Source: Paramecium tetraurelia (Eukaryota). Taken from it: a DNA stretch of 64,000 nt. Of the stretch, positions 1 through 11,576 are shown in pieces. The notes beneath the pieces were generated by a model. That model worked only from the letters and a program-made list of their open reading frames with translations. It was not told the origin of the DNA and ran no database searches. Position 1 is the first letter of the stretch; every line of letters begins with the position of its first letter. The position numbers and the translations under genes are program-made. The stretch is taken from the NCBI GenBank assembly GCA_000165425.1, contig CT868073.1, positions 1 to 64,000 of the forward strand. The letters are read 5' to 3'.

Positions 1-2559
1 AAAAATGGCTTTTAATGTTAACCTAACTCTCAATAACAATCAATACTCTAATTTTCTTTATAGTATAATCTACTTTAAAATAATTATCATGGATTAAACA
101 TAATTTAAAGTTTTTCGGTTTGTTATTTTCCAGATTCTTTAATTATTTAAGATTATTAATCAAATAGTTTAACTGAATGTAGAGATGGTTATAAATTTTC
201 GCCCAACACAAGATAATGTGTTGAAATGTGTAATTGTAAAGATTTAGTTAGTTTATAAAATAATGATTGTAATAATTGTATATAAAACTGCTCATCAGAA
301 TGTTTAGTATGTATTTTAGATAAATGCTATGCTTGTCTTGAAGGATGGCAGTTGATTGAACATAAATGCTAGCAGATTTGTGGAGATAATTAAGTAGCAT
401 TAACCTCAAATGAATAATGTGACGATGGTAATTATTTTATTGAGGATGGGTGCAATGAATGTTTATTTTAATGTGGACCTTATTGCTAATTTTGCAATAA
501 GGAATTAAATTGTCTCATATGTGAATCAAATTTCAAGCTGGTACATCATTTATGCGCACCAATATGTGGAGATAAAATAGTTATAAGTGGATTAGAGGAA
601 TGTGATGATGGAAATGATATTAAATATGATGGCTGTTTTGAATGTTAATTTTAATGTAATTTTGGCTGTAAAATTTGTGAATCTGGCAAATGTTAAGATG
701 TGTGTAAAGTTGATGAAGAATTTATAAATGGTAAATGTATTCCAATAGTTCTAATTAAAAGTGAAGAAATTGATCCAAATCAATCTGAATGCAAGAATCA
801 TTGCTTAGTTTGCGATGGGGCTAATTGCCTCCGATGTAAACAAGATTATATTTTGGAAAATAACAAGTGTTTCTCATGTGGAAATGGGATTATAACTAAA
901 GATGAAGAATGTGAAGATGGAAACAGGATCAATTCTGATGGATGTTCAAATTAATGTAAAATTGAAGAGGATTGGAATTGCATCGACTCCTTATCATTTT
1001 TAAGTTAATGTTTCCCTATTGCTAAAATTTCGATTGTATTTTTGAATTCAACTTTTAACACACAATATGTGAAATTATCATATAATAATAAAGTTAAATT
1101 GAATTAATAAGATGTCAACTTTTTAGATTTTAATTTTAATTCAATTAACATAGATCCTACTTATTATAACATAAGTATTTTTCCTGTAATCGAAATAGTC
1201 TCAAATGTGACTCGAAATATCAATTATGAATTAAAAATTCAAATTAACTAACAACTCTCATAAAATCCAATTTTGGAAGTTAAGGTCGATCTTATTTTAT
1301 TGGATGAAAACGATTTACTAGTACCACCATCATCATAATAAATTGTATTAATCGCCCCTTTAGTTTTAAATCAAGCATAAATAGAAGCTTCTCAGAATTT
1401 CTAAAAATTTGGTTACAATATTATGCTTGCATTAGGGAGTTTCGCTATTTTTGCATTCCTTCTTGGTTCTCCCTAATAATTTTTAGAAATCTTAGATATA
1501 TTATAATTTTATTCATACTTGAAGTTTATAAATGTAGAATATCCAGAAAATCTTTATATTTATTTTTAATCTTCTGAATTGATATCAGTGGATCCAATTT
1601 TATAATTTTTGGGAATTAAAGATAATTTTGAAGATTAGTTAGGGATTAATATAATTGAAGGTTTTGGGAAGTTTGATCAGTACAAAACTAATGCTGATTT
1701 AATAACTAATATTTATAGTTAATTTATGTAGGTCATTGTATTCTTTTCATTATTGGTGATTCTGAAAATGTATCTAAAGTTTTGCTTAAAATTTTGTTTT
1801 ACTTCATATTTCATGTATTTTATCAGAAAAAGGAAGTCAAAAGCAGTTGAGTGGCTTGCAATAAAACTATATTAATTTAATTACTACATAAAGAATTATT
1901 AAAATTTTGACACTGTAAATTTAATAATAGATTGTTATTATGCTAATGCTTGGGATTTAAATTTCAAGGTTTTATTGTATTTAACCTTTAATAAATAATC
2001 AGGAATTAGAACTTTGGTCTCTTATTTAGTTTGTCTGATATATTTTATAATAGGAATATGTATTGTATTGAGAAATTTTGGAATACCCAATAATAACTTA
2101 GATTTCAAAAAACTAAGAAATTAACAGCATTAGTCAATTATTTTATTAAAAAAGTTTATCTTTGTGTTAATTTTAATTAGAATGCAAGAAAGCTATATAG
2201 CATAATGCATAATGCTCTCTTTTTCTACTTGTGCATATATAGTGTTTTTATTAATTCTTAAAATTGCAAATACTGGCTTAGACTTGATGAATATCTTATG
2301 CGTAGAGGTTCCGGTAATATTATTTACATTAATTAATTTATCTTTTTGTAAAGATTTTAATAATCATTTTACTCCTGATTAAATAATTAGAATGGGTTTT
2401 TTATAAATAGGTTGTTTAATGTTGGGATTATTAGGTCCTTTATTTAATTGTGTTTATCAATTTTATTGTAAACTTAAATCGATCTATAAATTAATCAAAC
2501 CAAAAAAATCTTAATTTAAAGGAGCAATTAGGAATATTATGTTTGAAGTAACGCGTTGA
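1..2559 (+). CDS. Cysteine-rich repeat (CGDx..EECDDGN..DGC, Myxococcus-type/DUF4215-like) multi-pass membrane protein, 5' truncated by window
   Basis: Frame 1 is open from base 1 to TGA 2557-2559 in code 6. It has repeats CGDNQVALTSNEQCDDGN..DGC, CGDKIVISGLEECDDGN..DGC and CGNGIITKDEECEDGN..DGC, then hydrophobic segments (ILDILQFYSYLKFINVEYPENL...). Confidence 0.85.
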
Positions 2560-2980
2560 AATTCGATATTTAATACATTATTTATATCTAATAAATAATT
2601 ATGATTTTAAAAAATTAAAATATTTATGATTTTTCCAATTTCCTTATAGGTATTAAATAAGCCCATAATGTACTATATTGTAGATATCAAATTATAGATA
2701 TATATTTTAGTATTAATAATAATGATATTATCATAATAATACTTTAATTTGAATCTCAAATCTGTCTTTGATTTTAAAATTTATCTTATCATTATTTAAT
2801 GTTAAATTTATTTTAACTACTGTTCTAAGACTGAATAATTAGATATATGCTTAAAAGGAAAGTGTATTTAAAGTATCAAAGATTGAATTAATCAAGAAAT
2901 GATTAAACTTTACATAAATATTATTAAATGTTAGATTTTTTTGTCATTAATAAGTTTAAGAATAAAAACAAGTTTTATTA

Positions 2981-3829
2981 ATGGATAATATTGCATCCAA
3001 ATTAAATAACATAATATAATAGCTGACAAATTCAGCAAAAAAAGTCAATGATTAACTCATCTAAACAAATCTAAATAATACAACTAATTGACAAGTGGAA
3101 GTTGCAAATATGCTGAAAGTTACGATTGAACAATTTGGTTAAAAATGTTAAGTGAAGAAGAAATCATAAATAAGAAGATGGAAAAAATAAAATTCGAATT
3201 ATAATAAGTAATAGACAAAAAGAATTTACAAAAGATTTAGGTAAATCCAAATATATCATTATTTCATAAATTTTAGGTATTGATTAAAAACCACTAAGAG
3301 ATGAAATTGCTTAAGCTCTTTTAACCTTAATAATGAAAGACTATTTAATTGTGATAAAAAAAACTAGAAAAAGGAAAACGGAATAAAACAATTTTGTACT
3401 TAATAAGTCAAAATATGCAAAATTCATCATCATGTATCATTAAAAAACAGGAATTTACATATATGGGTGATAGAAATAATTAATCTTTAGCTCTCTATTA
3501 GAAGTATGGAAAATTTCCCCACTTAAACAAAAGAACAATAAATAAAACCAAAAAATAATCAAACTCAAAACTCAAACACAAAAAATGTCATGAAACAGAT
3601 AGACTTATCTATTAAAAAATTAATTATAGCATCTAAATTTGAAATTAAAGATAGCTTTTATCATTGGCTAGGCGAATTGTAAAACAAAGATGAAAGTAAA
3701 ATATTGAAATCATTGAGCAGTTAATTTTGGATTCGAAGAAGAACTACAAAGAAAACTGAGCAAATAATGAAATTAATTATTAGTGTGTATTATTCTCTGA
3801 ATGGGTTAAATAATACTAATAATAATATA

Positions 3830-3874
<45 letters not shown>

Positions 3875-3880
3875 TTAAGA
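2981..3880 (+). pseudogene. Probable decayed gene relic
   Basis: Coding-like stretches (MLSEEEIINKKMEKIKFELQQVIDKK; DSFYHWLGELQNKDESKILKSL) and an intron-like GT..TAG at about 3241-3276, but broken by TGA stops and frame changes. Confidence 0.3.
3830..3874. repeat. (AAT)15 microsatellite
   Basis: Perfect AAT trinucleotide run of 45 nt. Confidence 0.95.
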
Positions 3881-4797
3881 ATTATAAATTTGCTAAATTT
3901 ATTAAATGTATAATATAATGAGTTTTATTTTAGTTATTGACCTAGATCTTTTATTCGGTTTCCTTGATCTTTAGTGTCTCAAAATTTAATTATTTTAATA
4001 TCTTGATCTTAAATCAGAATATTTTCTGCTTCTCGTCGATGATTGTTTATTTGTAAATACTGGAGGCCTTTTAAAAAAGAAAGAGAATCAATAGAAATTG
4101 AAGTAATAGACAGAGCTTATTTAAGAAACCCTAAAAGCTATATATTGCCATGCCAAAAGTGGATGATTCTAATCATAAGAACCATAAGAAGGAAAACATT
4201 TTTTTATTAATTAACTAATATATTTGAAATTATCCTTTAATATAGCTGGAAATGCAAACAACAATAAAAATAAATTAACAGTAAATTAGAGTACTTTGAT
4301 TCTTAAAAATAATAATCAGAAGTAATTTTTTGATTTATTAAATAATCTCCTAAAAAACAAATAATATTTTTAGAATATTTTTTCTTTATTCTGAGATAGT
4401 CAATCAATTTTGAAGAAACATAACTTGTTAATTATATTACCTGAAAGACAAAATAATCTCCTTTTCTAGTGATAAAAATAATTTAAAAAAATGTCTATTA
4501 AAATTTTAATTATTTCATACAATCAAACATCTCAAATAAGGATCAGATATAGAGGGAAAATACAAACTATTAAGTTATAATTTTGATAAAAATCATGAGA
4601 TTCTGATATATTCACAATACATATTGGGGATTATGAAATATGAATTTATATTTAGCTAGAATCCAATAAATATTTACTGGTTGGAGCAATTAAAGTATTA
4701 AATATCTTGTGAATTATAAAAATATTTTAAATGTATAATGATAATATTTTTAAGTTAACATTATTAATAAATATATTTAACTTTTCAAATATTTACT

Positions 4798-7700
4798 ATG
4801 TCTTATCGTGTTAACAATGCGGAAATAGAGGGACAACATCCACTTCTCAAAGTTACTCCGGTCAGATTCCTTAGAATCAGACTTGTTTTGACTGTAATTG
4901 TTTATAACTGAATTTAGATTATTATTTCAATAATGACAGGCTTTATGTTTGCATTAGCATTGAGATGGAGTAAGAAATTGTATAACTGGTTTCTATTTAC
5001 TCCTTGTAATGTCGAAGAAACTGGAACACATTATCGAGTAGATACATAGAATGGTCAACAATTTACATTAGAAAAGCAGTAGATGAATGGCATTTATTAC
5101 TTTACATTCAGGTAGTATGGCTTTTGAATTTAGACTTCTTAAATATGCATTTGATCCGAAATCTCAGAGTTATCAACCAATTGAATTTGAAACTGATGGC
5201 AGGATAATCAAAGATATAGTAGCAAATCGTAATGTTTTAACTCAAAATTAAGAAATATAATATTATGGGAAATGCCAACTCTAAATTCCCATTTAGCCCC
5301 TAGCAGAGTTTTTATTCGAGCACTTAACGGGCCCATTTAATATTCTCCAATATTTTGCTGTTGCTGTATGGTTTGCTCAAAATTCAATAACATTTCCAAT
5401 TTTAATATTGGCATTCACTGCAATTGCAGTTATAGTCAATTATATCCTTTATAGAAGATCAAGGAGTCTCTTATAGAAATTAGCTAATATCCATCAGAAT
5501 GTAATTTTGAAGAGTGACACTTTAAGAACTGTCAATGGGTCTGAATTGCTACCAGGAGATTACATAATATTATAGGAAGGATAATAATTGAACTGCGATT
5601 GTGCTATTCTTTAAGGAGATGTCATGGTAAATGAGGCAACATTGACAGGAGAAAATGTTCCAATACCAAAGACAGCCTTGCCTGATCATTCAGTCAAATT
5701 CAATTTTGAATCATTAAATCAACATTGTCTATTCGAAGGAACTAGTATAGTGAAAGTGAATTCAACAACTGAGAATGTGGCAATAGTGCTTAGAACTGGA
5801 TTTAGTTCTTTGAGGGGTTAATATTTTAGAAATGTGCTATTCCCAGCACCTCCTTCATAAAGATTTTATATCCAAGCTGCTAAGTTTATTTTATCATTTG
5901 CAACAATAATAGCTATAGTCTATGGTTTTATGTTAATAAAATATATCCCAATGGAATTTAAAACAAGTCTATTAGTATTAAGATTCCTTGATAATATTGT
6001 TTGGTCGATACCTCCATCAATGCCTATCTTTTTCAATATTTGTAAGACAGCTAGTTTAGTTCGACTGAGTTCAATTGGCATTAATGGTAGTAATGCAGAT
6101 AAGATTGAGTCTGCCGGACGTATTGATACTTGTTGTTTTGATAAAACAGGAACGCTTACTACTCTAGGACTGAAAGCAATCAAAGTTTGGACTCATGATC
6201 AATCATTAGTAATTTTATATATTGATATTTAATAGGAATAAATTGCTAATTATATTTTAGCATGTTGTCATCATCTTCTTTTAATTAATGGAGAGTTGCA
6301 AGGTGATCCTTTGGAAATAGAAATGCTGAGCTTTATTGGTTGGAAGATTAATTTTGAAGGCAAATCATTCTTTTCAGTTAAAAAAGATTAATAAGAATTT
6401 GAAATCATTAAGATCTTTGACTTTAGTTCAGCAAGGTAAATGATGAGTGTCATAGCAACGGATGGATCTAATTTCTATTTATTTTCTAAAGGATCTCCTG
6501 AAATGATTAATCAGTAATCTCAAGACAAAAAGTAAGTAGTTTTAGATGAAGTGAAAAAATACGCATCAAATGGATTCAGAGTCTTGGGATTGGGTTATCG
6601 CAAATTAAGTAAAAATCAATTGGATCTACAAAGAGAAGAATTGGAAACATAATTGAATATTGTTGGAATGTTTGTTTTAGAAAATCCACTCAAAGATGAT
6701 ACTCCTTAAGTAATCTAAACTTTAAGAAACAGTGGATTGGATATCAAAGTGATTTCAGGTGATAGTCCTTTAACTACTATTTATTGTGCTAAAATATCTG
6801 GAATCATTGATTTAAACTCTGAGGTCGTGATTTTAGATTATAATTCATCCAAAAGATAAATAGTAATCTTTGATAATGATACTCAAACTAATTATGATGA
6901 GAATGTCATTGAGAACTAAAATATCATCGAAGAAATTATTAGAAATCCTAAAATGACAGCATTAACTGGGAAATTCTTGGAATTTATATCTAAATTTTTA
7001 ACTGTTGTCAATCCAAATAGAGATACGAGTTTAAGTATGACATAAAATAATTCATCAAATCAAATCTTCACAGAAAATAATGTTATTGAATTTGATGATA
7101 TAAGAATGAAAGAAACTACAATGAAATTAATCTCTAAGACTAGAGTTTTTGCAAGACAAAAGCCTGAACAAAAAAAATAAATTGTAGCTATGCTCTAAGA
7201 AATGGGAAGATAGGTCATGATGACCGGAGATGGTGCTAATGATTGTGTACAATAATTATTTTTTTATCAAATAGTCTGCTATAGCTTAGGCGCAAGTTGG
7301 AATCTCATTTAGTGAATCTGATGCTTCTTATACGGCACCATTTAGTTCGAAATCTACCTCATTAAAATGTTGTGTTTAAGTTTTAGCTTAAGGAAAAGCA
7401 GCCATAATGACTATCATTGAAGTTTTCTAATATCAACTTAGTGTTAATGGAATTAAATTTGCTGCTGTCACCATTATGTTTTTAGAAGTATAAAATTTTT
7501 GTAAGTTTTAATCTTTATTGTTATAGCTGAATTTTAAACCGTTTACGTTGGATTCATCTCTAATATTCCCTTGTTGATATTCCTTTGCATTTCTTCCCCT
7601 ACTACTGAATTAGCAGAATATATACCATTAGATGATCAATTCTCTTATTAAAATCAAATTCAAATCTATACAAACATTTTCTTTGCAGTTTTAGGGTAAC

Positions 7701-8168
7701 ATACTAAATTATACAATTTAGCCTATGTATTAATTATGGCATCCTCACTACAACAGATAGATTCTTTGAATATTCTAAACCTATTGAAAAATTTTAAAGA
7801 GAAGGATACTTAAATTCAATCATGTTTCTAAGCTTAATGTATTACTTCATGTCTTTTGGAGTATCTATATACGTATCAAATCCTTTTAAAGTCAAATACT
7901 ATAAAAACATCTTACTAACATTATGGACCACCCTTGGTTTTGTTGTTGCTATTGTATCCTTTATATTCCCTCAAAGAGCTACTTGGTGTGATGTAATCAA
8001 TATTAAAGAGGATACGTAAAAATTTATAATAATTGTTAATTTAGTTTCTAAGGATTCAATTGGGTTGTTTTAACAGTTGTCATTGTCACATCTTTTTTTG
8101 GATTCTTTTTCCAAGCTCTTCTTTAAAGATATATACCATCAATGTATAAAATAACACATAAATCATGA
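4798..8168 (+). CDS. P5-type (ATP13A-like) P-type ATPase, multiple tiny introns
   Basis: Motifs NEATLTGENVP, IPPSMP, CCFDKTGTLT, GDPLE, FDFSSARQMMSV, KGSPE, ISGDSPLT, FARQKPEQK, MTGDGANDC. ATG 4798, TGA 8166-8168. Confidence 0.93.
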
Positions 8169-8338
8169 ACAATCATTTTATAACAAATGTTACAACCATA
8201 TATTATTTCAAATTACTAAAGTTATGAAAATGGTAACTTCTCATTCTAGATAATAATTTTATCATTATCGTCAGCTTATGAGTTTGGGTACTTAAAATTT
8301 ATAATTAATTATAAATCCGTTTTATTAATTTTATTAAA

Positions 8339-9826
8339 ATGCTTATTTTGTTGTTATTAGTAGGAACTCTTAGCCAAAGCACTTAGTATTTATGACTAAA
8401 AATTATTAGAGCTTTTTAGTTACATAACGGTTGATGATGCCTTATCTGATCTGTTAAAAACATAACCAAAAGGATATAAACCATGGCATCCATCATTGAA
8501 TGTGAGATTACGTGTATAAGAGGAAGAAAGAACTTAAGAATTTTATTCATTTGTATAATAGCAAATCAAAATCAAATAAAGAGGAATCAACACATAGCAT
8601 CCCATGCAACTTGTGTAGGTTTAAGGTCCAGAATTTTTTGAGAACTTGGTTTGCAAATGCAGTTTTTCACCTGCAGAAGCAGCTTAAGAAGAGGAAGAAG
8701 GAGGAGAAGGAGGAGGTGAAGAAGCAGAAGGTGGAGCATGTGAAGCTGAAGGCAGTGGAGAAGGCGGTGAAGGAGAAGGGGAAGGAGAGGAAGTTGAATT
8801 TATTGTCAAAAAGACAAAGGCTCATGGGAAAGACTTCAGTTTTCTATAGGTAGGAACTTAAAGTAATTTAAATTAATATATACCTCAAACCTAACAAGTT
8901 GATTAATTATCATAGTACGATTAAAGACTACAAGCTCAAGAACTTTTGATCAAGCAATTCATGGAAAAATAAAATTAGTTGACTTAACAAATATCCATGT
9001 TGCAGCAGGGTTAAGGAGTATTTGTACCATCTCTTTTTCCATAAGTTGTAGATCCTAATTTTCTGACTCCTCAATAATAGGCACAACTGGTTTACATGAT
9101 GTAGCTGCAATAGTAATAACAATAAATCCAATAACAACTACTTTAATAGTAAATGTTGAATCCATTATCATTCTAATCTAGTCCAACTATCGTAAAGAAT
9201 GATAATGCCTAAACATAATAGTTTCAGGTTCCATTTTAATAGACACTTGCTTATACTCAGCCAATCACATAACCTATAATAAACCCTTAAATATTACTTT
9301 AACAATAAATCCTCTAATAATAGTAATTGAATTAGCAATAAATTCCTTAATAATTAAATCAATAGTAACTTCTTTAGCAATAGTAGTAATTATTAAATTA
9401 GCAATAAATACCGTAAGCTTAGCCTTAACAAATGGGATAATCCTAAATTCATTAATAGATACCTTAATTTTAATAATAATAAATTCCTTCGACACTTACT
9501 TAGAGCTAATAGTAATTTTAAGGTATTCCGCAATAGTCAGTGTAGCAATAGATTCCTTAACAAGTTCAATTTTAAAATATACAATAATAAACTTATTAAT
9601 AGATTCCTTAATAATAAGTTCAGCAATAAATTCCATAACTTTAATAATAAGTGCAATAATAATAAAATGGATTCTTGTAATAACCATAATAATAATAATA
9701 ACCTGTTCCTTAATTCGATTAATTGGTATTTAATATTATTTAATATAGTTGGCTCAATAAATGACCTAACCATTAATGCAGCCTTAATTTTTACAAAAAC
9801 AACCATAAATCATAGGAGGAAGATGA
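8339..9826 (+). CDS. Secreted protein: signal peptide, Gly/Glu acidic tract, very Gln/Pro-rich C-terminal half
   Basis: N-terminus MLILLLLVGTLSQST; a 34-nt intron restores the frame; EEEEGGEGGGEEAEGG tract; SFLQ; repeated QQQIPQ units encoded by TAA/TAG; ends QIIGGR-TGA. Confidence 0.75.
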
Positions 9827-9919
9827 TATATAAAGATAAATTGATAGTACATAAATATAAGATATATATAATTTATTCTTAATACAAAATTACAAGATCA
9901 TTAGTTTATTTAAATTAAC

Positions 9920-10600
9920 ATGTTCTAAGATATAATGAAGATGAACAAAAATTCTTATTTTAATTTACAAAAGCTCAAAGGATTACACTTAAATAGCAAT
10001 TTACTGCAATTTTTGTTTTTTGGCTAAGGAGCTATGAGCTTAAGGAATTTTTTCAGAATTAATTCTTTTTCAAATTAATCATCTCAATTACTTGAATAAT
10101 TTCTTTTATATGAAAGAAAAATTAAGGAAGCTCTGCCCAACGATTTATCTTTGATAATTCCAGTCAGGTATATTTGTAAGTTCAAAATCATTAGATTTTG
10201 GAAATAACATTAATTATCATTTAAGAACTTTATTTATTTCTCAATTGCTATGAGTGCACTTAATTGCAGAAGGAAAACTATCCGTATTCCAAATAGAAAT
10301 CTTAATATAAAGGTATATAGATATCTGATTCATCATGTAATATGTTCTTGAATTATCAATTCTTTTAAAATTTACTCTCATTAATTATTAATTTGTTCTC
10401 ATCTATTCTTATCATAATATCATAATGCTCTTTTATATAAACAGAGTTAATTCTATTTAATTATTGATATTCGCATATAACATTGTTAATTTATTCCAAG
10501 CTAATTTTATTGAATGTCTTTCTTTTGAATCATTCTTTTAATAGCAACGAATAATGGTTTTAATCTATCATATTAGTGTCTTTTCTTAATTTGACAATTT
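9920..10600 (+). pseudogene. Possible degenerate TMBIM/BI-1-like relic
   Basis: Fragments QFTAIFVFWLRSYELKEFFQN, KLRKLCPTIYL and FYLIIDIRI resemble BI-1 family segments (R.P.NY; FYLIYDTQ). No intact frame. Confidence 0.3.
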
Positions 10601-10675
10601 AATAATATTAATAAACAAATAAATTTATTACACAATTATAATTATTCAAGTTAAATTAAATCAATTTATCTTAAT

Positions 10676-10685
10676 AAACCCATAA
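10676..10685 (+). promoter_or_regulatory. Candidate ciliate snRNA upstream sequence element (AAACCCATAA)
   Basis: About 60 nt upstream of the U1 5' end; resembles the ACCCATAA-type USE recalled for ciliate snRNA genes. Confidence 0.55.
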
Positions 10686-10737
10686 TATTTTATTTTTAAT
10701 AAAGTTATATAAGACAATTTTTTTATATCCAAATTTC

Positions 10738-10890
10738 ACTTACCTGGCGAGCACTGCTGATGATCATGTAGATCAGTAGTGTGGGGTTAAGCTGGCCATC
10801 GCACAACCGGCGTCAGTGAGGCCCCAAAACTTTCCGTTTGGAAAGGCTTTATCGCTCAATTTCTGCTAGTGAGGGGAAACCCTCGCACCT
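10738..10890 (+). ncRNA. U1: U1 spliceosomal snRNA
   Basis: 5' ACTTACCTGG splice-site recognition sequence; stem-loop I with loop GATCATGTAG; loop II ATCGCAC; stem III CTTTCC/GGAAAG; Sm site AATTTCTG; 3' hairpin GTGAGGG-GAAA-CCCTCGC; GC-rich island in AT-rich DNA. Confidence 0.96.
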
Positions 10891-11288
10891 TATTTCATTA
10901 AATTAAACAAACGAAATAACATATTATTATATAGATATTATTTACTTTGAGTTCTTTTTGTTTTTGATCAAATATTGGATACTAATGATTATTATGTAAT
11001 TACTGTGATAAAAGAAGGTTACAAAGAGTAGTCTATGTGAAAATAATAAATAATATGATTGTTCCTTGGATGTTATACTGAGAACTTGATGTTACTAGCT
11101 CAATAAATGAATTCATAATTAACTGTTAAATGAAAATGGAAAATTTAAATTTGACTAAAGTATAGGTTTTATTGAGTGAATTAATAAAAACAAATAGCAC
11201 TGGTATTTATGATCAAATATTAAAATTAATACATTAAGAGATTCGAGCAGATTCAGCTTTAATATTAAATTTAAAAATAGTAAATTAG

Positions 11289-11525
11289 ATGGGCTGTTGC
11301 TAATAAAAATAACCTAATCCCAAATTAGTGAAAACTCGATACTCAGCAAATGCAAATACATGTAACTCAGTGTGTATATGACATTTAGAAGCGTCATAGA
11401 AAAGACAAAGTTTGGAAGTCTATGATCCAATAATAGGGAAAATGGTTTAGGTGCCAATTCTAGTACCTGCCTACAAAAGTAGTATATTGAAGAGGAGAAG
11501 CACACAAATGACTATAGGATAATGA
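11289..11525 (+). CDS. Small (~70 aa) putatively N-myristoylated/palmitoylated protein
   Basis: MGCCQQKQPNPK..., one ~27-nt intron, ...VPILVPAYKSSILKRRSTQMTIGQ-TGA. Confidence 0.65.
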
Positions 11526-11576
11526 ATCCAAATAGATTTGATATTATTTATATATATAATATTGTATTAGAAATTA

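Noticed and set aside
8512..8853. Lys-rich 113-aa ORF in the supplied track
   Set aside because: Wrong-frame shadow of the Gly/Glu tract of the 8339-9826 gene.
8928..9806. Several Leu/Ile-rich minus-strand ORFs
   Set aside because: Antisense artefacts of TAA/TAG/CAA Gln repeats.
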